Shown: positions 44,706 through 54,524, counted from the first letter of the stretch. The stretch is DNA of 64,000 nt from a virus (IMGVR_UViG_3300042465_005589:141741-205740); one strand, 5' to 3'. Made by a program: numbers and translations. Notes: a model not told the origin generated them from the letters alone.

Positions 44706-44849
44706 ATGTGTCCAACCGTAAGAAAGGGGTTGTTGGCTTATGAGATTATAAATATATCGTAAAATTAAAAAAGTTAATCTTTTTTATAATTATATTTACA
44801 AAAGTATAACTTTTCATACTTTTCGTGATATTTATATATAAAGACAATT

Positions 44850-45002
44850 ATGAAACCAAGAAAAAACGAAGAAGATAAGAAAATTAAATTCGCTATTAGT
44901 TTAGACCCAAAACTTTTTAAGAGAATGGATAATGAAATGATAAACAAATCAAGATTGATTGAAAATTTATTAAAAGAGTATTATGGAAAGAAAGATTTGT
45001 AA
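44850..45002 (+). CDS. Possible ribbon-helix-helix (CopG/Arc-like) DNA-binding protein of 50 aa.
   Basis: Hand-translated as MKPRKNEEDKKIKFAISLDPKLFKRMDNEMINKSRLIENLLKEYYGKKDL. It shows a beta-strand then two-helix pattern and overlaps the start of the HNH gene by 20 nt. Confidence 0.4.
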   Translation: MKPRKNEEDKKIKFAISLDPKLFKRMDNEMINKSRLIENLLKEYYGKKDL

Positions 45003-45657
45003 AAAATGTGGTAAAGAAAAAAATGTTTGTGAATTTTATTCTGACAAAACAACCAAAGACGGTAAAAGAGGTTCTTGCAAACTATGTATGTCTTTATACG
45101 ACAAAAATTGGAAAATAAATAACCCAAATAAGGTATTAGAATTGTCTCGTAAATATAACTCTGAAAATAAAGAATTAGTAAATATAAAAACGAGAAAATG
45201 GCGAGAAAAAAATAAAACTTCAGAAATTATTAGAAATCGTGAGTGGAAAAAACTTAATAATGAAAAAATAAAAGAATCAACAAAAAAATGGAGAGAAAAA
45301 AATAAAGAAAATATAAAAGAATATAAAAAAAATTATGAAAAATTAAAAATAAAAACAGATATATTATACAAATTAAAAAAAACATTACGAAATACAATAT
45401 TACGATACCTTAAAAATAAAAGATTTACAACTACCGAAATTATTGGTTGTGATTATGATTCATTCAAGATTTATTTTGAATCATTATTTACCGAAGGTAT
45501 GTGTTGGGACAAATTAGGTTCTGAAATCCATATTGACCACATTATTCCATTATCATCAGCAAAAACAGAAGATGAGTTATATAAATTAAATCATTATACT
45601 AATCTTCAACCATTATGGGCGAAAGATAATTTAATAAAAGGTAGTAAATTATTGTAA
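44983..45657 (+). CDS. HNH endonuclease.
   Basis: Cys-rich N-terminus (CKKCGKEKNVCEF...CKLC) and the HNH core HIDHIIPLSSAKTEDELYKLNHYTNLQPLWAKDNLIKGSK. Confidence 0.7.
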   Translation: MERKICKKCGKEKNVCEFYSDKTTKDGKRGSCKLCMSLYDKNWKINNPNKVLELSRKYNSENKELVNIKTRKWREKNKTSEIIRNREWKKLNNEKIKESTKKWREKNKENIKEYKKNYEKLKIKTDILYKLKKTLRNTILRYLKNKRFTTTEIIGCDYDSFKIYFESLFTEGMCWDKLGSEIHIDHIIPLSSAKTEDELYKLNHYTNLQPLWAKDNLIKGSKLL

Positions 45658-46068
45658 AATTCTTTTAATTAAACGACATAGTTGGTCATTTTTGTCCTCA
45701 AATGGTAGGTTGTTAATATTGAAGTATGAGCACATAGAATGTTCATCACCATCGATAGCATTTTCCAAGTCAGGGTTGATTCTCTCATCCGTCTCCATCA
45801 TAAACACATACATCAATCCTTTAATCTCAGAACCATCACGATTATATCTTTTAACAAATCCAACTAAATTTAATTTATTATCTAACGTATAATTTGTTTC
45901 TTCTTTGAACTCTCTTTGGACCCCATCCATTGGATGTTCATCGTTTTCCAAATGACCACAAGGTATACTCCATTGTCCGGGCAAAGTACCTGTAGCATTT
46001 CTTTTACAAAGTAATACTTCATCACCACATTTAACAATTACACCGGAATATCGTTTAACTTCTTTCAT
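45649..46068 (-). CDS. NUDIX hydrolase.
   Basis: Nudix box GHLENDEHPMDGVQREFKEETNY. Confidence 0.7.
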   Translation of the reverse strand: MKEVKRYSGVIVKCGDEVLLCKRNATGTLPGQWSIPCGHLENDEHPMDGVQREFKEETNYTLDNKLNLVGFVKRYNRDGSEIKGLMYVFMMETDERINPDLENAIDGDEHSMCSYFNINNLPFEDKNDQLCRLIKRILQ

Positions 46069-46079
46069 TTTATATTTTT

Positions 46080-46445
46080 TTGTGTATTTATAAGTATATG
46101 GAACTAACTATAAACAAAAATAAATTCAAAGTCAAAACTGTTATATCTCCCAAAGACACTAGTCGTGGTATGATGAATAAAAGATTTGACGATACTTTTA
46201 ATGGTATGTTATTTATTATGTCAGATGGTCATCACTGTTTTTGGATGAAGAATTGTATAATTTCATTGGATATCATTATGATTGAAGACGATATTATAAC
46301 AAAAATTCACCACAACTGTCCTCCTTGTAAAACCAAAGATTGTAGAAACTATTGTGGTGAAGGTGATATGATACTTGAACTTCAAGGTGGTACCTGTAAA
46401 AAATTAGGGATTAAGTCCGGAGACAAAATCATTCATTACGATTGA
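46080..46445 (+). CDS. DUF192 (COG1430) family protein.
   Basis: RGMMNKRF...GMLFIMSDGHHCFWMKNCIISLDIIMIEDDIITKI...ILELQGGTCKKLGIKSGDKI. Confidence 0.5.
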   Translation: MCIYKYMELTINKNKFKVKTVISPKDTSRGMMNKRFDDTFNGMLFIMSDGHHCFWMKNCIISLDIIMIEDDIITKIHHNCPPCKTKDCRNYCGEGDMILELQGGTCKKLGIKSGDKIIHYD

Positions 46446-47842
46446 TTTATCTTTTCCTGTAACAATTTCACAAACTCATTCTGAATCATTTTTGTAAACT
46501 TAATATAAGGAGCATCTTCCGATTCTCTATTATACCCACCACTTCCTTTTGGTGGACGAGTACTTCTACCCATAAAGTTTAATCCTGAGATATTTGTAAT
46601 ACATTTGTGTCCACCACTATTTGCTTGAATGAAATCCCAAGCGTTTACCTTAATATCATCTAACATTTGTCTATGTTCTTCTGGCAATTCAGAAAATGGT
46701 TTTTCCATCATCTCACCAATATGTGTTAGTTTTTCTCTACCATTATCCATAGTTTTGAAATCTTTACCATATAACGCAACAAAGTCTTTAAATGTAAATC
46801 CTGTTGATTCAGGGTTAAAATCTTTTGAAGATTCCGATATCCACTTAATTGTTGAAAGGGATATTTCTCTTTGTTTTAATTGGTCTTCCCATTTTGATAA
46901 TACTTCTTGAGCAATCTCACCTAAGTTAACACCTTTCAATTGACGTTCACCTTTAAATGGGTTACAAGACGCTTGAACTAAACCTAAAGGCCAAGCAATT
47001 ACAATAAAATCAGCGTCAGGATTGTTTTTAAATGGTGTATATCTATCGTATGAACCGGGTTTAAACATTGAACCACCTCCGTATTGAACAATAACATTAC
47101 CTAATACCTTAACATTAGGATTTGTTTGCATTGATTTAACGTAATCTTCTTTATTTTTTTCAAGCTCTTCCGGTTTAGCATATCCCTTTTCAACCATTAT
47201 TCGTTTAATAGTTTGAAGGATATTTAATAATGATGGCGTACATTCCATAACCAACGTTTCTAAGAACCCTGGCTTATTTTTAAATGCTAATAATAGTTTG
47301 TTTGCAACTAACCCCATTAACATTTTATTTTTCTCTAACGATTTGTCCTTATCCAATTTAAATAAATAAGAAATTACTTGGTCTACTGAAATTTCATTAA
47401 CCGCATAATTTGCAGAATCCACTGTTGAAATAAGTAATATATCTGAAGACGGGAATAATTCTTTTGGAGAAACTACTTGAGATATTGTTTCAACATTTGA
47501 ACGAGAACTTCTAAATGATGTGGATTTAGTTTCTTCAGCTCCCGCTTGTCTATCGTGGTGGTCCGTATGAATCACAAACATTGGTTTTCCGTGAGCAAAA
47601 TCTACCAATACTGGCATAACATCACCGGTTGCGTCATTCTTCTTTACAGCAAACTCTTTATCGCCATATTGAATAATATGAGCATCCACCACTTTAATAC
47701 CGTTGTTCTCAAGATATTGTTTCATAGCAATTGCCGTCGTTACCCCATCCAAATCTTGATGAAAATATATTTCAGCTTTGGGGTATCGTTTAGCAAGAGC
47801 ATTAATATCTCTTAAACCACTTTCTTTTATAAGTTTTTTCAT
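46436..47842 (-). CDS. DHH/DHHA1 family phosphoesterase (NrnA/RecJ-like).
   Basis: DHH motifs YFHQDLDGVTTAIAM and MFVIHTDHHDR, plus the DHHA1 GGH motif (QANSGGHKCI). Confidence 0.7.
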   Translation of the reverse strand: MKKLIKESGLRDINALAKRYPKAEIYFHQDLDGVTTAIAMKQYLENNGIKVVDAHIIQYGDKEFAVKKNDATGDVMPVLVDFAHGKPMFVIHTDHHDRQAGAEETKSTSFRSSRSNVETISQVVSPKELFPSSDILLISTVDSANYAVNEISVDQVISYLFKLDKDKSLEKNKMLMGLVANKLLLAFKNKPGFLETLVMECTPSLLNILQTIKRIMVEKGYAKPEELEKNKEDYVKSMQTNPNVKVLGNVIVQYGGGSMFKPGSYDRYTPFKNNPDADFIVIAWPLGLVQASCNPFKGERQLKGVNLGEIAQEVLSKWEDQLKQREISLSTIKWISESSKDFNPESTGFTFKDFVALYGKDFKTMDNGREKLTHIGEMMEKPFSELPEEHRQMLDDIKVNAWDFIQANSGGHKCITNISGLNFMGRSTRPPKGSGGYNRESEDAPYIKFTKMIQNEFVKLLQEKINQS

Positions 47843-47843
47843 A

Positions 47844-48197
47844 TTACATTGAAGGTAAAATAGTTATTGCTATAACATCTCCACCTTTAAGACCTTTACC
47901 TAAATTACAACTTCTATTTGTTGCGATAATCTCATCAACACTCGAAACACCAGGATATTTTGATGCAATATCACTTAACGTATCACCTGATTTAACTTTA
48001 TATAGTTTAACATTGTAACCATAAGTTGCTTGAAGTCGTTTTGGGTCACCAAAACAATATTTACCCCCCATTTCAGGTTTAATTTTCCCCATTTGAACAT
48101 CAACACCTTTTTGTTGATTCATTTGTTCATTAACTAATCCGTATTTTGAAAGGATATCGCCTTTTTCTTCTTCTGAAATTATAAATCTTTTTGCCAT
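47844..48197 (-). CDS. LysM domain protein.
   Basis: YKVKSGDTLSDIASKYPGV. Confidence 0.55.
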   Translation of the reverse strand: MAKRFIISEEEKGDILSKYGLVNEQMNQQKGVDVQMGKIKPEMGGKYCFGDPKRLQATYGYNVKLYKVKSGDTLSDIASKYPGVSSVDEIIATNRSCNLGKGLKGGDVIAITILPSM

Positions 48198-48240
48198 AAT
48201 AAATCTTTTAGTTATAAATATACCGAAAATAAAAAAGAGG

Positions 48241-49104
48241 TTATAACACCTCTTCTTTTAATTCTAATTTTGTTTGTTTATGTTCATCAATTAACGATTG
48301 GACTCTTTTTCTCGCAATCTCTGTATAGTCCGGAGATAACTCAATCCCAATCCATCGTCTATCCAATAACTCAGCAGCAAATGCCGATGTTCCACTTCCC
48401 ATAAAAGGGTCAAGAACTATATCATTTTTATATGATAATATCTTAATTGCTTTTGATGGAATATCCATTGAGAATGTTGCTTTAGTTAACGACCTAGTAT
48501 CTGCAAAATATTCCCATCTACCAAAAACCAAGTTCATAAACTCTTTCTTATCTTCGTCCTGATAAACCATTTTATTTTTAGTTTTACCATCTTCTGTAGT
48601 TACTTCAGTTGGTGTACCTAACCACTGAGACTCCCCTTTGGTTAATTTCTTATTAGTTTTCTTGTAAGCTAGAATAATACATTCCTTAGGATTATAGATG
48701 TAAGGACAACTTGCGCTCATCCAAGAACCCCAAGCTGTTTGTCTAACTCTATGTGGGCTATCTTCTGTAAGGTCAACCATTCCATAAAATTTAAACCCAA
48801 CCTCTTTCATTTTCATCCAAAACTCTGCGTTGAATAATATTCTACCACCTCTTTCCTGTACGTTAATTTCTATAGGAACGTTGATTGCTATCCGACCATC
48901 ATCTTTTAATACTCTATAAGATTCTGTTAACCACTGCGTTGTAAAATCCCAATATTCATCCATAGGAATACTATCATTATAAACATCATATTTGATGTTA
49001 ACTCCGTAGGGTGGTGATGTCACCAATAAATCAATTGAACCTTCCGGGAAAGTTTTCATTACCTCAATACAATCTCCATTAATTATCTTTCCTGTTTCTA
49101 TCAT
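48241..49104 (-). CDS. Beta-class DNA methyltransferase (N4-cytosine or N6-adenine). The SPPY motif favours N4-cytosine.
   Basis: Motif IV LLVTSPPYGV near the N-terminus and motif I DPFMGSGTSAFAA near the C-terminus. Confidence 0.8.
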   Translation of the reverse strand: MIETGKIINGDCIEVMKTFPEGSIDLLVTSPPYGVNIKYDVYNDSIPMDEYWDFTTQWLTESYRVLKDDGRIAINVPIEINVQERGGRILFNAEFWMKMKEVGFKFYGMVDLTEDSPHRVRQTAWGSWMSASCPYIYNPKECIILAYKKTNKKLTKGESQWLGTPTEVTTEDGKTKNKMVYQDEDKKEFMNLVFGRWEYFADTRSLTKATFSMDIPSKAIKILSYKNDIVLDPFMGSGTSAFAAELLDRRWIGIELSPDYTEIARKRVQSLIDEHKQTKLELKEEVL

Positions 49105-49108
49105 TTTA

Positions 49109-49459
49109 TTATTTTGCGTGGTATTCCCACTCGTTTTCTTTATTTTTAATTGGTTCTAAACTTTGGTCCAAGAAAACCGCATTCTGTTCACCCGCGTATA
49201 ACCCTAATATATTATAATCATAAAACTCTTCCGCTTCTCCATAAAGCATTAAATCCCTTTCTTGTAGAATATCTAATATTCTTTGTTTTGAATATAAGAT
49301 TTTTCTTCCCGGAGAACCAAAGTCCTCAACAATACCTATAATAGCACTTTCTAACCCATCCAATAGAATCGCACCTTCCGCATATTGGTCAATATCGACA
49401 GTCACTTTACTCATCAAGTAAATTAATTTCAGTTGGTATTGAATCCACATCCTCATCAA
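49109..49459 (-). CDS. Hypothetical protein.
   Basis: 116-aa ORF. Confidence 0.5.
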   Translation of the reverse strand: MMRMWIQYQLKLIYLMSKVTVDIDQYAEGAILLDGLESAIIGIVEDFGSPGRKILYSKQRILDILQERDLMLYGEAEEFYDYNILGLYAGEQNAVFLDQSLEPIKNKENEWEYHAK

Positions 49460-49589
49460 CTAATTCCCAATTTTCTTCAAACGTACTCCAAAACGCATCT
49501 TCGTCTTCTAAATATTGTTGATACTCGTCATCTGATAACTCATATTCATAAACATAAGTTGTTGTCTCAATTTTTTCTAATTTCGCCAT
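49407..49589 (-). CDS. Hypothetical small acidic protein.
   Basis: 60-aa ORF that overlaps the downstream gene by 53 nt. Confidence 0.35.
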   Translation of the reverse strand: MAKLEKIETTTYVYEYELSDDEYQQYLEDEDAFWSTFEENWELVDEDVDSIPTEINLLDE

Positions 49590-49594
49590 AATTT

Positions 49595-49834
49595 TTATAT
49601 TTTGTTTTTTTCTAAATTTTCAATTTTACGATTTAAATACCATAAAGCTTTCTTCAAATCTTGTATTTCTTTATCCGAATCTTTTAATCCCGCTCTTGCA
49701 ACATACTTTACGACATTGAAGATATAAGCATCGTGGTCAAGACCCCAAGCCTCACATACTTTAACAACCTCGTATGGGTTATCTTCACCACCATAATGTA
49801 ATGGATGGTTCACCATTTCTTTATTTTCACTCAT
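49595..49834 (-). CDS. DUF3310 family protein.
   Basis: VNHPLHYGGEDNPYEVVKV...FNVVKYVARAGLKD...DLKKALWYLNRKIE. Confidence 0.5.
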   Translation of the reverse strand: MSENKEMVNHPLHYGGEDNPYEVVKVCEAWGLDHDAYIFNVVKYVARAGLKDSDKEIQDLKKALWYLNRKIENLEKNKI

Positions 49835-50085
49835 AATTTTACTATATAATATTTACCCAATTTAAGGGATTTTTTATAACCATTTCTAACAGAGAATAGT
49901 GGTTTTGTGGTTACATTAATTCCGAACCCACCATTAAATCTAATTGACCACCCAACAGGTGAAATACTAAACAATACGGAGTAATTAAAAATTTTAATTA
50001 TTGTCTGACTACAACCACTACCGATGTAATATGTTTTTTTAGATAGCCACATAATACCCTTCACTAATACCACTTTCTTTAACAT
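49831..50085 (-). CDS. Hypothetical protein.
   Basis: 84-aa ORF. Confidence 0.35.
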   Translation of the reverse strand: MLKKVVLVKGIMWLSKKTYYIGSGCSQTIIKIFNYSVLFSISPVGWSIRFNGGFGINVTTKPLFSVRNGYKKSLKLGKYYIVKL

Positions 50086-50221
50086 ATCCTTCAGATATTA
50101 AAATATCCAATTGTTTTTTTGTTTCTTCAAGATTCTGTCTAAGAATATATTTTGAAACGTAACTAATATGAATTGGTCGTCTCAACTTATCCATTAATAC
50201 TTTAATTTGTTTTTTGTCCAT
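50039..50221 (-). CDS. Hypothetical small protein, possibly DNA-binding.
   Basis: 60-aa ORF. Confidence 0.4.
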   Translation of the reverse strand: MDKKQIKVLMDKLRRPIHISYVSKYILRQNLEETKKQLDILISEGYVKESGISEGYYVAI

Positions 50222-50988
50222 TATGATAATAGTTTTCTTGTTATTTTGACATTTTGATTAATATATGATAATATTTTTCTTTTAAAAATTGGAACTAATG
50301 TTTCCTTTAACGGAAAGATGTCACTACAAAAAACTTCAAATATTGGATAATCCATTTCGTTATTTTTTTCGTATGTTTTTGAAAATGTAGAGATAATTTC
50401 CGGAATAGTCAAACTACCCTGTTGTCCTTTGAAAATTAATTTTAAAGATGTTTTTGTTTGATTTTTGGTCTTATACACCTTTCTTGTGGTATATTGCCAT
50501 ATAAACATTTCTTCAGGTAATTTAAAGTAAAAAAAACCTGATTTATTTTGTAAATTATTTTTGTTTTTCTTTACAACAACATCAATAGAATCATAAACAA
50601 TACTCCATATTGATTTTGCAAAATTAAAATAGTCATGTAGTTGTGGTTGACTATTTTTTAATATTTTTTGATATTCAATAATTTCCTCATCGTCAAGAAC
50701 AGGAATATCTTTAACCTTTAAATCAGACAATACTAGTTCATCATCATTTGATGTTAATTTTTTATCAACATATAAAATTTTGTTTTGCGTTAGTAAGGTT
50801 TGTATATTACCCAAGTGTAATGAAAGCTCAATAAACATTGGGTAGACCTCCATCCTTTCAAGATGTTTGTTCATCTTTTGGAAGTAATCTAATAATACAT
50901 ATTGTTTTTGTTCAGCGTCTAAAATGCCGTCAAATAACCAATCGGTGTCCATTATAAATTTATTCTTATTTTTCTGTTTCATTTCCAT
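50221..50988 (-). CDS. Hypothetical protein.
   Basis: 255-aa ORF. Confidence 0.55.
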   Translation of the reverse strand: MEMKQKNKNKFIMDTDWLFDGILDAEQKQYVLLDYFQKMNKHLERMEVYPMFIELSLHLGNIQTLLTQNKILYVDKKLTSNDDELVLSDLKVKDIPVLDDEEIIEYQKILKNSQPQLHDYFNFAKSIWSIVYDSIDVVVKKNKNNLQNKSGFFYFKLPEEMFIWQYTTRKVYKTKNQTKTSLKLIFKGQQGSLTIPEIISTFSKTYEKNNEMDYPIFEVFCSDIFPLKETLVPIFKRKILSYINQNVKITRKLLS

Positions 50989-51036
50989 ATTATATTATTT
51001 AAAATATACGGGAAAAGATTGGAAAAAGGAATAGTT

Positions 51037-52407
51037 TTAATTAATTCTCATTACGTAATAAGTCTCACCGGCAATATCAACACTATCATAATTACCATCA
51101 TAACTATTCATAAAACCCCAACCTTCGGAATCAACTAATCCCTGAGCTAAAGCTGATTCATCAACATATTCTTTAACAGGTAACCCATAATCATTAAGAT
51201 ACCCAATAGGGTCTCTTCTTACGTCTCTAACTAAACTCTCAACCATATTATCAATCATATCTTCGGTTGGTTCAGTATCAACTTCAATATTATCTAATTC
51301 CTCTTGGAGTGCTTCAATTTGATTATCTAAATCTTCTTCGTAGTCATAATAATTTTCATCATCCGAATCTAATTCAAGTTTTTGTTGTTCCAAATCCTCA
51401 ATTTGAGATTCAAGTTGTTCTATTCTTTCTTCTTGCTCCGAAGTCAATTCATAATCATCATCATTAAAATAACTTTCAGGATTCTCCCTCACTTGATATT
51501 CATAATCTTCTCTAGCAAATTCAACAATAGCATCTTCATCTAAATAATCATCAATAAAACCTTTACTAAACCCATCAACACCAATATCATCAACATAACT
51601 TTCAGCATACTCTAATGCAGCTTTATCCATTTCATCGTGGGTTCCCACCGAATATTCCTCATCTCTAAACCCATCAACTAAAACTTCGAATGAGGTTAAA
51701 CCATAATGACTATATTTTGATACTGGATACATATCATATATGTCAGCAACATCCTCTGTTAATTCACTAATTCTCTCCTCAACATCTTCAATTTTATTTA
51801 ATATTTCCACATTCTCATCTGGGTCACCATCTCTATGTTCATCATCATAATCCGCATTAAGTTCTTCTAATTGTTGAGTTAACAAACTTAATTCTTCTTT
51901 TTGTTCATCATTCAATACTGTAACTCTACCTTCACCTTCAAGCCATTCTAATAACGCCATAGCCTTTAATCCCTCTTCATCATGGTTTTGAAAATTCCAT
52001 TCATCATCTTCTCTTTTAGAATCCATCTCAGCTTGTTTACCCAAAAGTTCTTGTCTCTCTCTAATTTTCTCACGAGGAGTGTCCCTATCACTAATATATG
52101 ATTTAACTCTCATATCACCAAGATTAGATACCTTAGTATTACTAATATTTAATGAACCATCAACATAAGCAACATTTCCCAAGTTATCTGTTGGGGTTCC
52201 TTCAAGACTTAAATCTCCGGTTATCCATAATGGTTTACCTTCAAATCTTTTCATTTTAGTTATTGCTTTACCGTGATAACTACCTAACGACATTAATTGC
52301 AAATATTCTTCAGGAGATATTTTATAATATTCTTCCTCAACTTGTTCAACAATTTGTTTTACAACTTGTAATAATTCTTTATTTGTTAAAATCATTTTCT
52401 TATTCAT
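51037..52407 (-). CDS. Highly acidic coiled-coil protein.
   Basis: 456-aa ORF, rich in Glu and Asp with long helical stretches. Confidence 0.6.
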   Translation of the reverse strand: MNKKMILTNKELLQVVKQIVEQVEEEYYKISPEEYLQLMSLGSYHGKAITKMKRFEGKPLWITGDLSLEGTPTDNLGNVAYVDGSLNISNTKVSNLGDMRVKSYISDRDTPREKIRERQELLGKQAEMDSKREDDEWNFQNHDEEGLKAMALLEWLEGEGRVTVLNDEQKEELSLLTQQLEELNADYDDEHRDGDPDENVEILNKIEDVEERISELTEDVADIYDMYPVSKYSHYGLTSFEVLVDGFRDEEYSVGTHDEMDKAALEYAESYVDDIGVDGFSKGFIDDYLDEDAIVEFAREDYEYQVRENPESYFNDDDYELTSEQEERIEQLESQIEDLEQQKLELDSDDENYYDYEEDLDNQIEALQEELDNIEVDTEPTEDMIDNMVESLVRDVRRDPIGYLNDYGLPVKEYVDESALAQGLVDSEGWGFMNSYDGNYDSVDIAGETYYVMRIN

Positions 52408-52497
52408 ATTAATAAATACCAGTAATTAAAAATAAATCTTTACAATTAACGTAAAAGGTAGATATTTATTGTTATAAACGTTTAAATAAAAATTATC

Positions 52498-52656
52498 ATG
52501 GGTTGCGGATGTAAAAACAAAGCACAACAAACACAAACGACACAACAATCAAGTCAATCTCAAACTCTACAGCAGGTTCAGGCTCAAGCACCAAAAACTC
52601 AGCCAATACAAGAATCTATTCGTAAAGTTGTTGAGAGATATTATACTAAAAAATAA
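52498..52656 (+). CDS. Possible 52-aa Gln/Thr-rich peptide starting MGCGCKNK.
   Basis: Hand-translated, locally higher in GC, followed by a hairpin plus T run at 52678-52700. Confidence 0.3.
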   Translation: MGCGCKNKAQQTQTTQQSSQSQTLQQVQAQAPKTQPIQESIRKVVERYYTKK

Positions 52657-52671
52657 TATTATGTGTTTAAA

Positions 52672-52700
52672 AAAATAAAGGGATTTTTTGTCCCTTTTTT
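52672..52700 (+). terminator. Intrinsic terminator AAGGGATTTTTTGTCCCTTTTTT.
   Basis: 6-bp stem plus a T run after the small MGCGCK ORF. Confidence 0.5.
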
Positions 52701-52749
52701 CATTTATAATTAAATTTAATTTGTATATCCTTTCATATAATTTAAAAAT

Positions 52750-53571
52750 ATGAAATACGTAAATGAAAATTCAAATAAAGGGATTGTAAACCTATTCGCA
52801 GACTTTTTAGTAAAAGAGATAAACAAAACCAATCAATATGATGTTGTTATTGAAGTTACCGATTGTGGTAAATTTTTCATAGTAAATGGATTAACCAATT
52901 CAGATAAAATATTGGATATGGTAATCATTAAAGAGGGATTCTATAAAGAATATCAATCCTTAATGGAAGAGTTTGGATATAAAAATTTAAATATTATTGA
53001 TGTTATTATATATAATACTGAATTATCCAAAAAACTTGAATATATTTTTGATTTCCATAATTCTTCACGACCAATATATCATTCAGGTATAATCAAAGAT
53101 TTAATTGATAATCCCCAACCTAAATTTAATTCAATATCGTATAATAACAATAGATTAGAATACGAATTAGATTATTCTGAAGATGACACCTCTAATTTAA
53201 ATTATTACACATACTCACCATTAAATATTTCATCGGAGTTTCCTCACGGATATAGTTTAAGTATGGGTAGACAAGAGTTATACTATTCAGAATACATCTG
53301 TAATCAATTATTTGATGTACTACTAACAGACAAGTTAACTTTTAAATATTCTTCCGTTAAAGTGGACGATGATAATCAAATTGACATTGTTAGTAATTCA
53401 ATACATCCGAAAAAAGATATCATATCAATGGTGTTAGATGTTTTTGATTTTGATATGTTGGTGTTTAATAATAAAATTGAAGATTACGATATAATTGAAG
53501 ACACCACTTTACCATTTGATAAAAAACCTTGGCTAACAAGAGATAAAATTAAAGACCTTATATTATTTTAA
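52750..53571 (+). CDS. Hypothetical protein.
   Basis: 273-aa ORF followed by a bidirectional hairpin. Confidence 0.55.
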   Translation: MKYVNENSNKGIVNLFADFLVKEINKTNQYDVVIEVTDCGKFFIVNGLTNSDKILDMVIIKEGFYKEYQSLMEEFGYKNLNIIDVIIYNTELSKKLEYIFDFHNSSRPIYHSGIIKDLIDNPQPKFNSISYNNNRLEYELDYSEDDTSNLNYYTYSPLNISSEFPHGYSLSMGRQELYYSEYICNQLFDVLLTDKLTFKYSSVKVDDDNQIDIVSNSIHPKKDIISMVLDVFDFDMLVFNNKIEDYDIIEDTTLPFDKKPWLTRDKIKDLILF

Positions 53572-53572
53572 A

Positions 53573-53607
53573 AAGAAAATCCCCAATCAAGGGGATTTTT
53601 TTATTTT
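53573..53607. terminator. Bidirectional hairpin AAAATCCCCAATCAAGGGGATTTTTTT.
   Basis: Lies between the convergent genes 52750..53571 and 53601..53885. Confidence 0.6.
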
Positions 53608-53885
53608 CCAAAATGTTCTTTAATTATGTCAATACCTTCATCAATTTCATTAAAATCTCTTTCAGGTGCGAATAAATAACTCTTTGGTGATTCATCCGGA
53701 GATTCTACAATCATAAATGCCGGTACAAATTCGTTTTCAGTAATTTCAACAAACATATCGTATTCATCTTTGTGTTCGTTTATATCTCTTATAACAAACC
53801 CAATGTCATTTTTAATAAGTTGTTCCTTCATCATATCACAATATGGACAACCTTTCATCGTGAAAAGAATCAGTAACTTATCCAT
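53601..53885 (-). CDS. Glutaredoxin-like (NrdH-like) protein.
   Basis: CPYC active site (FTMKGCPYCDMMKEQL). Confidence 0.65.
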   Translation of the reverse strand: MDKLLILFTMKGCPYCDMMKEQLIKNDIGFVIRDINEHKDEYDMFVEITENEFVPAFMIVESPDESPKSYLFAPERDFNEIDEGIDIIKEHFGK

Positions 53886-54201
53886 TGATTAAATTAGTCA
53901 CTAATTGTTTAATTTGTGATTCCATTTGCATTCCCGGTTGAGAATAAACTTCTTTACCTGCGGAAAATGATTTAACTGTTGGAATTGCTCTAATACCTAA
54001 TTGAGCGGCAAATTCTTTATTTTCCTCAACATTCAATGTGAATAATTGAACTTCTGAATTTTCATTTCTGTATTGTTCGGAAACTTTTTCAAACGCTGGT
54101 TTCATAACTTTACAAGGTCCACACCATGGCGCCCAAAAGTCCACTACTAATTTTTCACCATTGTTAATTTTTTCCTGTAATAATTCTTGTGTAATTTCCA
54201 T
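53878..54201 (-). CDS. trx: Thioredoxin.
   Basis: VVDFWAPWCGPCKVMKP. Confidence 0.8.
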   Translation of the reverse strand: MEITQELLQEKINNGEKLVVDFWAPWCGPCKVMKPAFEKVSEQYRNENSEVQLFTLNVEENKEFAAQLGIRAIPTVKSFSAGKEVYSQPGMQMESQIKQLVTNLING

Positions 54202-54203
54202 TC

Positions 54204-54524
54204 TTAATCTTTTTTTGTTAATCGTTTTATTTGTAGTAATAAATACTCTACTACGTTTTGTTTATCCACCTTTGTTAAAATAAATATCTTGGTTTTTGAC
54301 TTCCGTAAAATTAAAATACCAGTCGCATCATATTCATATAATCTATCTTTATAAACTATCTCATGTTCATTATTTACAAAATAGTCAAACCATAGTAAAA
54401 GTGATTTATTTAATAATTTATCTGTATCTTCATTAGACATATTTGGATACACCTCTACAATATTAGGGTAACTCTTAAACCTTTCTTTAAAGGTATCTAT
54501 ACAATTTTGTGGTATTTCTATCAT
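54204..54524 (-). CDS. Hypothetical protein.
   Basis: 106-aa ORF. Confidence 0.5.
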   Translation of the reverse strand: MIEIPQNCIDTFKERFKSYPNIVEVYPNMSNEDTDKLLNKSLLLWFDYFVNNEHEIVYKDRLYEYDATGILILRKSKTKIFILTKVDKQNVVEYLLLQIKRLTKKD

